Origin: Candidatus Omnitrophota bacterium
GTDB lineage: Bacteria > Omnitrophota > Gorgyraeia > Zapsychrales > JANLHA01
Reading direction: 5' to 3'
Length of the DNA: 32,000 nucleotides
Assembly: GCA_963662715.1 (NCBI GenBank)
Contig: OY759724.1
Span: 1,500,001-1,532,000, forward strand
A model generated the notes under the pieces. The model was not told the origin of the DNA. It ran no database searches and saw only the letters and a program-made list of their open reading frames with translations. Positions 13,793-21,748 of this stretch are shown here, piece after piece. The translations under genes were made by a program, and so were the position numbers. The first letter of the stretch is position 1. Each line of letters begins with the position of its first letter.

Positions 13793-14422
13793 GTGATGAC
13801 GGACGAGAACGGCAGTATTATTGATGTCGCAGAATATAAGCCGTTCGGGGAGTTTTCCCGTCATGACAGTGTTGATGATGAAGGGTATTATTTTACCGAC
13901 CAGTATAATGACGAGGAAACTGCCCTTTACTACTATGGGACGAGGTACTATAATCCGAGGATAGGGAGGTTTCTAACCGCTGATAGCGTCATTCCTGATT
14001 ATTATAATTCTCAAAGCCTAAATCGATATTCTTATGTTGATAGTGTCGGAAAACCTATTGTAGAAACAAATCTGTACTCTTATACCGGAAATGACCCCGT
14101 AAATTGGATAGATCCTTTGGGTTTGTTGAAGAGGGATCATCGTTTCTGGGAGAATGTCAAAGAAGGGGTAATGAATAATCTTAAAAAGAAGTATGCTAAG
14201 TTTAAGAAAGAGAATCCCTGTGAAGAAGCTCCGCCAATTGCCGGGGAAGATTTGGAGAGCTCATTAGATAAATTTGCAGAAGCTTTTGCCGATGAATTAA
14301 CAGAGAAAGAATTCGGTTTCTTGGGCAGGGGCGTTGAAAAAAATAGTGATGCTGTTAAGGAACGCTTAAAAATTAAATATCCTGATTGGCCATGGGAAGA
14401 ATGGGACATAATTTTTAAATGA
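13793..14422 (+). CDS. Orphan rhs C-terminal cassette 3 (more deeply 5'-truncated) with a short charged toxin tip
   Basis: nt homology to the main gene starts at 13766 (HADHLGSANVMTDENGSIIDVAEYKPFGEF...YYNPRIGRF). The core end is duplicated (NRYSYVDS... then NLYSYTGNDPVNWIDPLGL). The unique tip is about 98 aa and rich in K/E. Confidence 0.8.
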   Translation: MMTDENGSIIDVAEYKPFGEFSRHDSVDDEGYYFTDQYNDEETALYYYGTRYYNPRIGRFLTADSVIPDYYNSQSLNRYSYVDSVGKPIVETNLYSYTGNDPVNWIDPLGLLKRDHRFWENVKEGVMNNLKKKYAKFKKENPCEEAPPIAGEDLESSLDKFAEAFADELTEKEFGFLGRGVEKNSDAVKERLKIKYPDWPWEEWDIIFK

Positions 14423-14796
14423 GAAATAACCTGAGAGAGCACGTTCCAAGGCGGAAACTAATATTGGGATGTTTTATGGGGTTTTGCTTTGGTATTCTAA
14501 TAATCGTTTGCGGGGATTTTGTTTCAAATATTCCGAATTATTCAAGCAGCTTTTTCCTGAATTCAATTTATTGGGTATGTACCTATTTAGCCAGTGTGGC
14601 GGCAATACTGGCAAAGCTAATATTAGGAACATTCTTTAATAAATGGTACTCAGTGGTATTAAATTTAATCGCATTGATGTATTTTTCAGTATTGGGAATG
14701 TGTTGTGTTGTTCTGTTTAGAAGGGGTAAAAAAATTTTTATATTTGTTTTCATTGCTCTTCTGGTCGTTCATGGAGCAGGTCTGTATTTATTCTGA
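14419..14796 (+). CDS. Putative membrane immunity protein for tip 3 (125 aa, about 4 TM)
   Basis: Its start overlaps the toxin stop (ATGA). There are four hydrophobic segments. Confidence 0.6.
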   Translation: MRNNLREHVPRRKLILGCFMGFCFGILIIVCGDFVSNIPNYSSSFFLNSIYWVCTYLASVAAILAKLILGTFFNKWYSVVLNLIALMYFSVLGMCCVVLFRRGKKIFIFVFIALLVVHGAGLYLF

Positions 14797-14799
14797 GAT

Positions 14800-16570
14800 G
14801 TCCGTAATTTCAAAAAGGGATTTTCCTGTAAAATAATATATAAAACAATAATGTCGTCGAGATTATGAAGTATAATAGAGGTGTCCGAATAAAAGAAAGG
14901 AGCCTCTTGAATGTTAAAGAATCCCCAAAACCAAGCCTCATTTTTTGATGCTGAGTATATCTGCGAAGACTTAATCCCTGCCGATAGTTACTACCGCAAG
15001 TTCAGGGAAATAGTCTTCCCGCTCATGGATGAGTTGGATTTTGAATCCATGTATTGTCAGGATAATGGCCGTCCGCCGATCTCGCCGAAGTTGTTGGCCA
15101 TGGCGTTGCTGTTGCAATTCCATAAGAATTTGTCAGATCGGGGAATGGAGCGGGCATGCATGTATGATATTGAGATCAAGTATGCCTTGGGATTAAAACT
15201 CAACGAGCGACCGTTCGATCATTCAAGTCTGGGAGATTTTAGGAAGCGATTGTATGAGCATGGACAAAGCAAGAGGGTTTTTGACCAGATACTCAACAAG
15301 TTGATTGAGGCAGATTTGATAGAGCGTGATGAAATTCAGCGGATTGATGCGACGCATATGATTGCTGATATTGCGATACCGACGGTGGTGGCGTTGGTCA
15401 AGAAAGGCATTCGTGAAATATTAAAACCGTTGAAAGGCCAAAAGCCCGAGTTATACGCTAAGGTTATAAAAAATATCGATGTCGAAGAATATACGCGGGA
15501 AAAAGTCAACCAGGCGGATGAAGGACGGCTGGATATTGAGAAACGGCAAAGAAAGCTGGTCAAGGTCGTTACCGATGCGCGAAACCTTTTGAGAGAAGTC
15601 GAGGATGTTAACATGAGTCGTGGATTGCGAAAGCGGATTGAATTGCTTCAGAGGATACTGCAGGAGAACGTTAAGGAAGCCGACGAGGGCAAGATTGAGG
15701 AACGCAAATATAAAGATAAACCGCCGGACTTGCTGGTAAGTCCGATTGACGAAGACGCGCGGTATGGCGCAAAGTCGGATACAAAAAGATTTATGGGATA
15801 CAAGGCAAATGTGACAGAGAGTGTGAAAAATCGGTTGATCACAAATATTGAAGTGATGCCCGGAAACAGACGGGATGGTGAGCCGACAGTGAAGATGGTG
15901 GTGGAGCAGAAACTGAACGGATTAGTCCCTAAGAAGCTGGTAGGAGACGCGGCGTACGCGGACGGGATGTATAGAAAATTGCTCAAAGATAATGAAACCC
16001 TGCTGGTCGCACCGTTAAGAAAAGTTAATGAAAGTGCACAAAAAATTTACCCCAAAAGCATGTTTTATTACGATGAGAAAACAGGAACAGTAACGTGTCC
16101 GCAAGGCGTAAAAACAAAAACATGTTTTGAAGATCGTCGCCATGGGTTAAAGCAATTTCATTTTCCGATGAGCGCGTGCAATCAGTGTGGCGTTCAGAAA
16201 GAGTGTACAAAAGCAAAAGAAGGACGCCGGACGATAGGGATCAGTATCTTTAATAAAGAGCTGCGCGAAGCCGAAGTATACAACGAAACAGAACAATTCA
16301 AAAAGGACATGAAGCTGCGTCCACCGATTGAAGGAAAGCTGTCGGAGTTGACGCGGTATCACGGCTTAAGGCGCGCACGATATCGAAGGTTATATAAAGT
16401 GCGGCTTCAGGGTTATTTTACAGCGGCTGCGGTGAACATCAAGCGGTGGTTCAAGCTGATTATCGAAGGAATAGCAAGGCACCCGGAGGTTGCGATGGGC
16501 TTTTAGAAGATTGAAGGGCGTAAAATAAGTGCGCCCCAAAAATAATGCTCTTTGAAACTGGACCAAAAGT
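14800..16570 (+). mobile_element. IS1182-like (IS5 superfamily) insertion sequence, boundaries approximate
   Basis: Single 531-aa DDE transposase gene. Candidate imperfect IRs are gtccgtaatttcaaaaagggatttt (about 14801) and the reverse complement of aaaataatgctctttgaaactggac (about 16539-16563). Confidence 0.65.
14911..16506 (+). CDS. IS1182/IS5-family DDE transposase
   Basis: The InsH-type N-terminus is GRPPISPKLLAMALLLQFHKNLSDRGMERAC. There is a Cys cluster CPQG..C..CNQCGVQKEC, and the C-terminus is LRPPIEGKLSELTRYHGLRRARYRRL...NIKRW. Confidence 0.8.
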   Translation: MLKNPQNQASFFDAEYICEDLIPADSYYRKFREIVFPLMDELDFESMYCQDNGRPPISPKLLAMALLLQFHKNLSDRGMERACMYDIEIKYALGLKLNERPFDHSSLGDFRKRLYEHGQSKRVFDQILNKLIEADLIERDEIQRIDATHMIADIAIPTVVALVKKGIREILKPLKGQKPELYAKVIKNIDVEEYTREKVNQADEGRLDIEKRQRKLVKVVTDARNLLREVEDVNMSRGLRKRIELLQRILQENVKEADEGKIEERKYKDKPPDLLVSPIDEDARYGAKSDTKRFMGYKANVTESVKNRLITNIEVMPGNRRDGEPTVKMVVEQKLNGLVPKKLVGDAAYADGMYRKLLKDNETLLVAPLRKVNESAQKIYPKSMFYYDEKTGTVTCPQGVKTKTCFEDRRHGLKQFHFPMSACNQCGVQKECTKAKEGRRTIGISIFNKELREAEVYNETEQFKKDMKLRPPIEGKLSELTRYHGLRRARYRRLYKVRLQGYFTAAAVNIKRWFKLIIEGIARHPEVAMGF

Positions 16571-16642
16571 CCAACGGCGGAAAAATACCGGGTTTTCAGA
16601 CGGTATCATGTTCTAAACAACCCGGTAAAATATATTGATCCA

Positions 16643-17335
16643 TTGGGACATGAATATCAACTTAATGGCGCTCTTTGGTATGACAGGTTGTCTGATTGGT
16701 CAACACAGATAACCGAAACAGCAAAATCATTTTACTTCGACAGGACGCCTGCTAACTCATGGGGAGTTGCAGGAGTAACGTTCCTTACGTCTGCTATTGA
16801 TTTTAGCATGGGAATGTTCCATTATCCTTCTTCTCTAGGGCATTTAGGCGAAGGGACTGGAGAATTTATTGCGAATCCATCTTGGGAGACTGCTCCTGGG
16901 ATGTTGATGGATGTTTCATTAGTCGCAAGTGTCGGGGCTACCGTTGCGAGTGCTTTGCCTAGTGGAAAAGTACCAATAAATACTCTTTTCACTAAAAAGA
17001 CAAATAGTGCTGCTGGCTCAGCCCATAATGCGGCAAATTATCAACGTTTAAAAAACCAACTTGCTTCAGAAGAAATTTCACAAGGACATGCTTTTGGTAA
17101 ACATGTGATAGAACGAGGTGAATTCCCAGGAATTGCTACAAGACAACAATTTGCTAATGAAATTGAACAAATAATGAATAATCCATCTGCGTATCGATCA
17201 TTAAGGGCCGGACGATCTGCTTATTGGCATAATGAAAGCGGTACAGTTGTTATAAGAAATCCTGGAACTGCAGATGGTGGGACTGCTTTCAAACCAGATC
17301 TAGGTATAAGATACTTTTTGGAGCGCTTAGATTAA
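16643..17335 (+). CDS. Orphan rhs tip 4: only the last approximately 17 core residues are retained, then a toxin domain with a GHAFGKH...GGTAFKP signature
   Basis: The frame is open from 16556, and 16598-16651 reads RRYHVLNNPVKYIDPLGH, the Rhs core end. The track start is TTG. The C-terminal half is GHAFGKHVIERGEFPGIATRQQF...GRSAYWHNESGTVVIRNPGTADGGTAFKP. I recall this type at Rhs/CdiA termini, but the family name is not certain. Confidence 0.7.
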   Translation: MGHEYQLNGALWYDRLSDWSTQITETAKSFYFDRTPANSWGVAGVTFLTSAIDFSMGMFHYPSSLGHLGEGTGEFIANPSWETAPGMLMDVSLVASVGATVASALPSGKVPINTLFTKKTNSAAGSAHNAANYQRLKNQLASEEISQGHAFGKHVIERGEFPGIATRQQFANEIEQIMNNPSAYRSLRAGRSAYWHNESGTVVIRNPGTADGGTAFKPDLGIRYFLERLD

Positions 17336-17385
17336 GCTAAGTAATTTTAGTAATTGAGAAATTTCTACTAAATTGGGAGAGAGTA

Positions 17386-17712
17386 ATGCATATAAAATTT
17401 AATGACAAGGAAAAAAAAATAATCAAAGAATGCTTAAATGCAACAGTTAATGGTCCTTTTTTCCCTGATTGGGAGTTTCATACCTTATTAGGATTTGAAC
17501 GGTTGTACGTTAAAGATATTTTTGAGAATTGGTCTGAAATGTCAGAGTTGAAGGAAAGTGCTAATGACATTATATTAGTTATTAAAGTCTCTATAGGAAA
17601 TCTTCTTTCTTATCCTCATGGAAATGAAGATGTATGGAGTGATTATATTTCAATTAGCAAACAAGAACTTGAAGCTTTCTACGAGAGTTTTGTAATAAGT
17701 ATCAAGAATTAA
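17386..17712 (+). CDS. Putative immunity protein for tip 4 (108 aa)
   Basis: Small acidic ORF 50 nt downstream with RBS gggagag. Positional call. Confidence 0.55.
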   Translation: MHIKFNDKEKKIIKECLNATVNGPFFPDWEFHTLLGFERLYVKDIFENWSEMSELKESANDIILVIKVSIGNLLSYPHGNEDVWSDYISISKQELEAFYESFVISIKN

Positions 17713-17749
17713 AAATATAGCTTAGAGTAAATAGGGTGACCTGCCCCCA

Positions 17750-18601
17750 TTAGTTGTGCCAAAAGTTGTGAGAGTTTAACGGAGATGGCTGAAGCCATCT
17801 TGGTTGAATAGCTTCCGGTGCCGGAGGCTTATAACCCAATGATCCATGCGGACGGATCGTATTATATTCCCACCGCCAGCGTTCCACCAACACCTGAGCT
17901 TCATACAATGTATCAAAAATTTCCAGATTTAACAACTCATCCCGTAGTCGCCCGTTAAAGGATTCAATATATCCATTTTCCCAAGGGCTTCCCGGTTCAA
18001 TATACAACGTTTCCACTCCGATCCTTCTCAACCACCAACGGACGCGTTCAGCGATAAATTCCGGCCCATTATCCGAACGAATATATAACGGCACTCCTTT
18101 TTCAATAAACAATCGAGATAAAACATCAATCACATTCCTGGAATTGAGTTTGCGCCCAACTTCTATGGCCAGGCATTCCCGGCTATACTCATCAATGATC
18201 GTTAACATCTTTATTGGTCGGCCATTTGATGTCCGGTCATGAACAAAATCATAACTCCAGACGTGGTTGTGATGTTCTGGCCGTAATCGGATGCAGGAAC
18301 CGTCATTCAGCCATAACCTCCTTCGTTTAGGTTGTTTCATCGGAACTTTAAGACCTTCCCGTCTCCATAAACGTTCGACTCGTTTATCATTTAATGGCAT
18401 CCAGCCCGATTCGCGTAACAATTCAGCAACTTTTCGGTATCCATACCGTCCATATTGCTTGACCATATTGATCATAGCCTCAACTAATGCTCCTTCATCA
18501 TATCGGCCTGAACATCTATATTGCTGTGTTGATCTTGCTTGGCTAAGAATTTTACACAACCGCCTTTCTGATACTTTGGGGAATTTCTCCTTCGCCCACA
18601 T
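17750..18601 (-). CDS. IS3-family transposase OrfB (rve/DDE integrase core)
   Basis: WSYDFVHD..., [10 protein letters not shown]..., [17 protein letters not shown]: the D, D and E signature regions. Confidence 0.9.
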   Translation of the reverse strand: MWAKEKFPKVSERRLCKILSQARSTQQYRCSGRYDEGALVEAMINMVKQYGRYGYRKVAELLRESGWMPLNDKRVERLWRREGLKVPMKQPKRRRLWLNDGSCIRLRPEHHNHVWSYDFVHDRTSNGRPIKMLTIIDEYSRECLAIEVGRKLNSRNVIDVLSRLFIEKGVPLYIRSDNGPEFIAERVRWWLRRIGVETLYIEPGSPWENGYIESFNGRLRDELLNLEIFDTLYEAQVLVERWRWEYNTIRPHGSLGYKPPAPEAIQPRWLQPSPLNSHNFWHN

Positions 18602-18605
18602 AATC

Positions 18606-18640
18606 GCCCGGCGTTTCTTGGCCGGGCTTAGAAGTTTCCC
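18606..18640 (-). promoter_or_regulatory. Programmed -1 ribosomal frameshift signal (slippery G GGA AAC plus downstream hairpin)
   Basis: On the minus strand, orfA reads gaG GGA AAC ttc taa. A shift to -1 gives [20 protein letters not shown], in frame with orfB. The hairpin gcccggc-caagaaac-gccgggc starts 6 nt after the heptamer. An identical signal sits at 22605-22639. Confidence 0.75.
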
Positions 18641-18903
18641 TCATTGACTTCCTTCAAAATAGCGTTATCTAATGATAAGTCAGCCACCAGTTTCTTTAAT
18701 CGGGTATTCTCCCGTTCTAGCTCTTTATACTTCTTGGCTTGATCTATTTTCATCCCGCCGTATGCCTTGCGCCAACGGTAATAGGTCTGTTCCGATATGC
18801 CCGCTTGTCGGCAGGCATCTCCGGTGTCCAGCCCTTTACCAAGGTGTATTTCAACTTCTCGTAATTTCGTAATTATTTCTTCTGATTTGAATCTTTTACC
18901 CAT
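18628..18903 (-). CDS. IS3-family transposase OrfA (HTH)
   Basis: [21 protein letters not shown] plus a leucine-zipper-like C-terminus [22 protein letters not shown]. Confidence 0.9.
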   Translation of the reverse strand: MGKRFKSEEIITKLREVEIHLGKGLDTGDACRQAGISEQTYYRWRKAYGGMKIDQAKKYKELERENTRLKKLVADLSLDNAILKEVNEGNF

Positions 18904-18960
18904 TTTTGCCCCTTTCTGTTATCATTATTCTATCACAAAAAGTGGCTCAACTTTTGGGGG

Positions 18961-19470
18961 GTGGGTCATTATAATATTTATGAGCCCTTGGGTGCTAGTG
19001 CCACGCTCGCAGGTGCGGGTGCTTTTGGTGCTGGTGTTGCGCTTGATACTGGGGCACGAATTGGACAACTAAATGCTTCGGGGGCGTTGAGATTCTATTG
19101 GAATACGTTTACACGAGGGAATCAATCTATGGAAATTATTGCTAGTTCGAAGAATCTTTCTAAGATCGTTAGTGTAGGAGGGGTGGCTGCATCGACTGCA
19201 AATGTCGCTTTTGATGTCTTAAATCCAGACATGTCAAATGCCAGAAAAACTGTTAGCGTTGTTGCCAACTCAATGGCGGTGTTCGGTGGCCCAGTTACGA
19301 AAGCAGTTGGGATTGGTGTCTCCGTTACTAATACATTTAGAGGTGAGCAAATAGAGGCTGGTGTTTATGATGCAGTGGATGGTGTTAATCAGCTGAATGA
19401 TGCAACAATAAAGAGCATTAATTATTACAATGATAATCCGTATAAGCTTTTTCGTGATTTAAGCCGGTAG
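18961..19470 (+). CDS. Orphan toxin tip 5, truncated by IS3 copy A; glycine-rich, probably membrane-active domain
   Basis: Native sequence starts at 18969, and the first 8 nt of the track ORF are the IS end. It reads YNIYEPLG (a core-end-like Y-x-D/E-P-x-G), then ASATLAGAGAFGAGVALDTGARIG and further G/A/V-rich stretches. Confidence 0.5.
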   Translation: MGHYNIYEPLGASATLAGAGAFGAGVALDTGARIGQLNASGALRFYWNTFTRGNQSMEIIASSKNLSKIVSVGGVAASTANVAFDVLNPDMSNARKTVSVVANSMAVFGGPVTKAVGIGVSVTNTFRGEQIEAGVYDAVDGVNQLNDATIKSINYYNDNPYKLFRDLSR

Positions 19471-19477
19471 GTGTCTC

Positions 19478-19867
19478 ATGACCTCTTTTTACCAGTATTT
19501 ATTCTTTTTGTTCTATTGTCATGGGAAAAAAGTCCGTAATCCTGTTCCTGAATACTATAGTATTGCGGTGCTGTCCTTTATTCAAATAGTTCTCTTTAGT
19601 ATTTTAATAAAAATGACTTTGATTTCTGGATTTGTTTTGATTGAAAAAGAAATTTTAACCAAATTTTCGTATATTATAATCGCATACTTTGTGGTTTCAT
19701 TCTTTTTTCACTGGAAGCTTTTTATTCATGATTCTATTTTTAATGATGTCATAAGAAAATTTGCAGAACGAAAAGAAAACGAAATTACGTTGCATACTAA
19801 ATGGGCAATCTGGATTTGTATTTTGTTATTGGGTGTGGCCATGTTCTTGCCGATTAAGTTTTCATAG
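19478..19867 (+). CDS. Putative membrane immunity protein for tip 5 (129 aa, about 4 TM)
   Basis: Starts 7 nt after the tip-5 stop. There are four hydrophobic segments. Confidence 0.55.
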   Translation: MTSFYQYLFFLFYCHGKKVRNPVPEYYSIAVLSFIQIVLFSILIKMTLISGFVLIEKEILTKFSYIIIAYFVVSFFFHWKLFIHDSIFNDVIRKFAERKENEITLHTKWAIWICILLLGVAMFLPIKFS

Positions 19868-19870
19868 TAT

Positions 19871-20289
19871 ATGGACAGTAATACAATATTTAAAATTGAT
19901 TTTATAAGGTCAATGAACTTCCTTGTATTTCTCTTGTTTTTATTTATGGCAATTGGGTTAATTTCTTTGAATACTATCTATTTGAATCAAGCGATGTACA
20001 TATCAGCATTATTCGTTCCGATATGTCTTTTTTTCAGTTTATTGCTTGGTACTATGCAAAGACTTATTTCGTAGTCAGTCCAGATGCAATAGAAATGGTA
20101 AGGCCAGATAAGACAATAAAAGCCCGATGGGAAGATATCAAAAATGTTCGAAGGATTTTTACGATTTACGCTGGATACAGCTATTTCGTTAAAACGAAAA
20201 ATGGCATCATTGGAATACCCGATACCGTCAAGGATATTGACACGCTTTTAAAGATTATTCAAGAAAGATCAAAAAAAGATCATCGGTGA
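19871..20289 (+). pseudogene. Two-TM plus cytosolic (bacterial PH-like?) domain protein, split by a frameshift in a T7 run
   Basis: ORFs 19871-20074 and 20023-20289 overlap. One extra T in the run 20028-20034 would join ...ALFVPICLFF to QFIAWYYAKTYFVVSPDAIEMVRPDKTIKARWEDI. Confidence 0.55.
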
Positions 20290-20371
20290 ATTTGCGATGA
20301 CAGAGTCATAACATTTAAAGCCAATTTTTCAAAACAGCTACAGGATATGACTTCTTTATCATAATGTAATA

Positions 20372-21091
20372 ATGGGAAGGAAATCTATTATGAGTGAGGA
20401 AATTAATCAAGTTTCAAAAGCAGTTCAAGAAGTAGCAAAGACCACAGGAAAAGGAATCGATCTGACGAGTGACTTTTGTTCGTTTATTTCGAAATATATA
20501 TCAGGACCTTTAGATGAAGCAGTTGGTATCTTTGAAGACAAATTGAAATATACACGATGGGAAAATCAAATTCGCCTTATGCAAAAAGCACAAAAGTTTT
20601 TAGCAGAATACGATTTGGCAGAACCAGACAAAAGTATCCCATTGAAATTTGCCGTACCTTTATTGCAAGCAGCTTCGCTGGAAGATGATGATTATTTGCA
20701 AGATATGTGGGCCAAGCTTCTGGTCAATGCTGCAATTCAAAACAATAAATTTGAGATTCGGCGAGTATATTTAGATGTTCTTGAGAGAATAAGTGCATTC
20801 GATGCAAGAATTTTAAAAATAATATACTCCATTCCATATGAGCAAGCTCTTCATAAACAGATAATTACATCGAATTTGCCAGATTCTGTGGAATTGATGG
20901 ATACGGACAAGAGGAATGTCCTTTCTGAACCCAATGATGAAATCAAAATGGCTTTGTTAAATTTAGACAGATTGAATTGTGTTTCAATTGCTAAATCATT
21001 TGAAGGGGGACAACTATTTGATTTAGTCAATCAAACTTTATTAGGCATGAATTTTATCAATGCTTGTGAAATAAAGAAAGGTAAGCGTTGA
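20372..21091 (+). CDS. Abi-alpha (DUF4393)-like abortive-infection family protein
   Basis: PLKFAVPLLQAASLEDDDYLQDMWAKLLVNAA...VYLDVLERISAFDARILKIIY fits the conserved ...as.e.de.Lq.lwA.LL... core I associate with Abi_alpha. The likely true start is ATG 20390, after the gggaagg RBS. Confidence 0.6.
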   Translation: MGRKSIMSEEINQVSKAVQEVAKTTGKGIDLTSDFCSFISKYISGPLDEAVGIFEDKLKYTRWENQIRLMQKAQKFLAEYDLAEPDKSIPLKFAVPLLQAASLEDDDYLQDMWAKLLVNAAIQNNKFEIRRVYLDVLERISAFDARILKIIYSIPYEQALHKQIITSNLPDSVELMDTDKRNVLSEPNDEIKMALLNLDRLNCVSIAKSFEGGQLFDLVNQTLLGMNFINACEIKKGKR

Positions 21092-21154
21092 TTAATTCAT
21101 GAATTTGATTTTTCCTGACCAATCCCGCTATTGTTCATTCACAAGGATTTTTAG

Positions 21155-21703
21155 ATGCTGATCATTATTTTGAAAATATTTCTTATTGCATTTATGGTAA
21201 GTGCGGGAACTTTTTTGATTGATTTCAGCCTAAAGAACGTATACGGAAAGCCAGACCTACAACGAAAGACCATCTCTGTAGGTTCTTCAACTTTTATTGT
21301 TATGTTGGTGTATTATTTTATTAATTGGAGGCACCTGACGAATCATGAGTTTACGGGCTTGGGAATACTGATTGTCTTCTTTGGCTTTGTCACTTGCTCC
21401 TTCTATGCGTTAAGATTTAATTCTAAACAATTTGCTTTGGCATTTGTATACATCCTCATATTTCATATCCTTTTAAGCATATGTACAGGGATGATCGCCG
21501 GTTTAATTTTAGGAATACTGAGTGTGCTAGATGTTGTGGAAGGGGGAAAGAATCAGTTTGTTTATAGCTTTATTAGTCTTGTTGACTTTTGCATTGTAAC
21601 TTATGCCGGATTATATTTGGTGTTTAATGAAAAATTGCCAGGGACAAGAACGTCAGAAGTCAGCAATTCTTCGAAAACAAAATCTAATAGGGTCTGGAAT
21701 TAA
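21155..21703 (+). CDS. Polytopic membrane protein (182 aa, about 5 TM), unknown function
   Basis: Five long hydrophobic segments and no recognisable motifs. Confidence 0.5.
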   Translation: MLIIILKIFLIAFMVSAGTFLIDFSLKNVYGKPDLQRKTISVGSSTFIVMLVYYFINWRHLTNHEFTGLGILIVFFGFVTCSFYALRFNSKQFALAFVYILIFHILLSICTGMIAGLILGILSVLDVVEGGKNQFVYSFISLVDFCIVTYAGLYLVFNEKLPGTRTSEVSNSSKTKSNRVWN

Positions 21704-21748
21704 CACTTTTTACGATTTCCTACCCGAGGCCGCTGTGACCTGCCCCCA

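Larger units (their letters stand above)
17737..18968 (-). mobile_element. IS3-family insertion sequence, copy A (1,232 bp)
   Basis: The TG...CA ends have imperfect IRs: tgacctgcccccattagttgtgcc and the reverse complement of ggctcaacttttggggggtgggtca. It carries orfA/orfB with a -1 frameshift signal. The sequence looks identical to 21736-22967. Confidence 0.9.

Noticed and set aside
10623-14442. Antisense ORFs within immunity and orphan genes: 10623-10850, 11514-11789, 13145-13402 and 14137-14442.
   Set aside because: Each is fully overlapped by a sense ORF with homology or positional support.
15336-16362. Four minus-strand ORFs inside the IS1182-like transposase gene.
   Set aside because: They are antisense to a 531-aa ORF with clear transposase motifs.
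18291-18647. ORFs antisense to, or overlapping, the IS3 transposase genes: 18291-18647, 18672-18872 and 18797-19072, with their copy-B equivalents at 22290-22996.
   Set aside because: They mirror real orfA/orfB coding sequence on the opposite strand, with no independent support. 18797-19072 also crosses the IS boundary.
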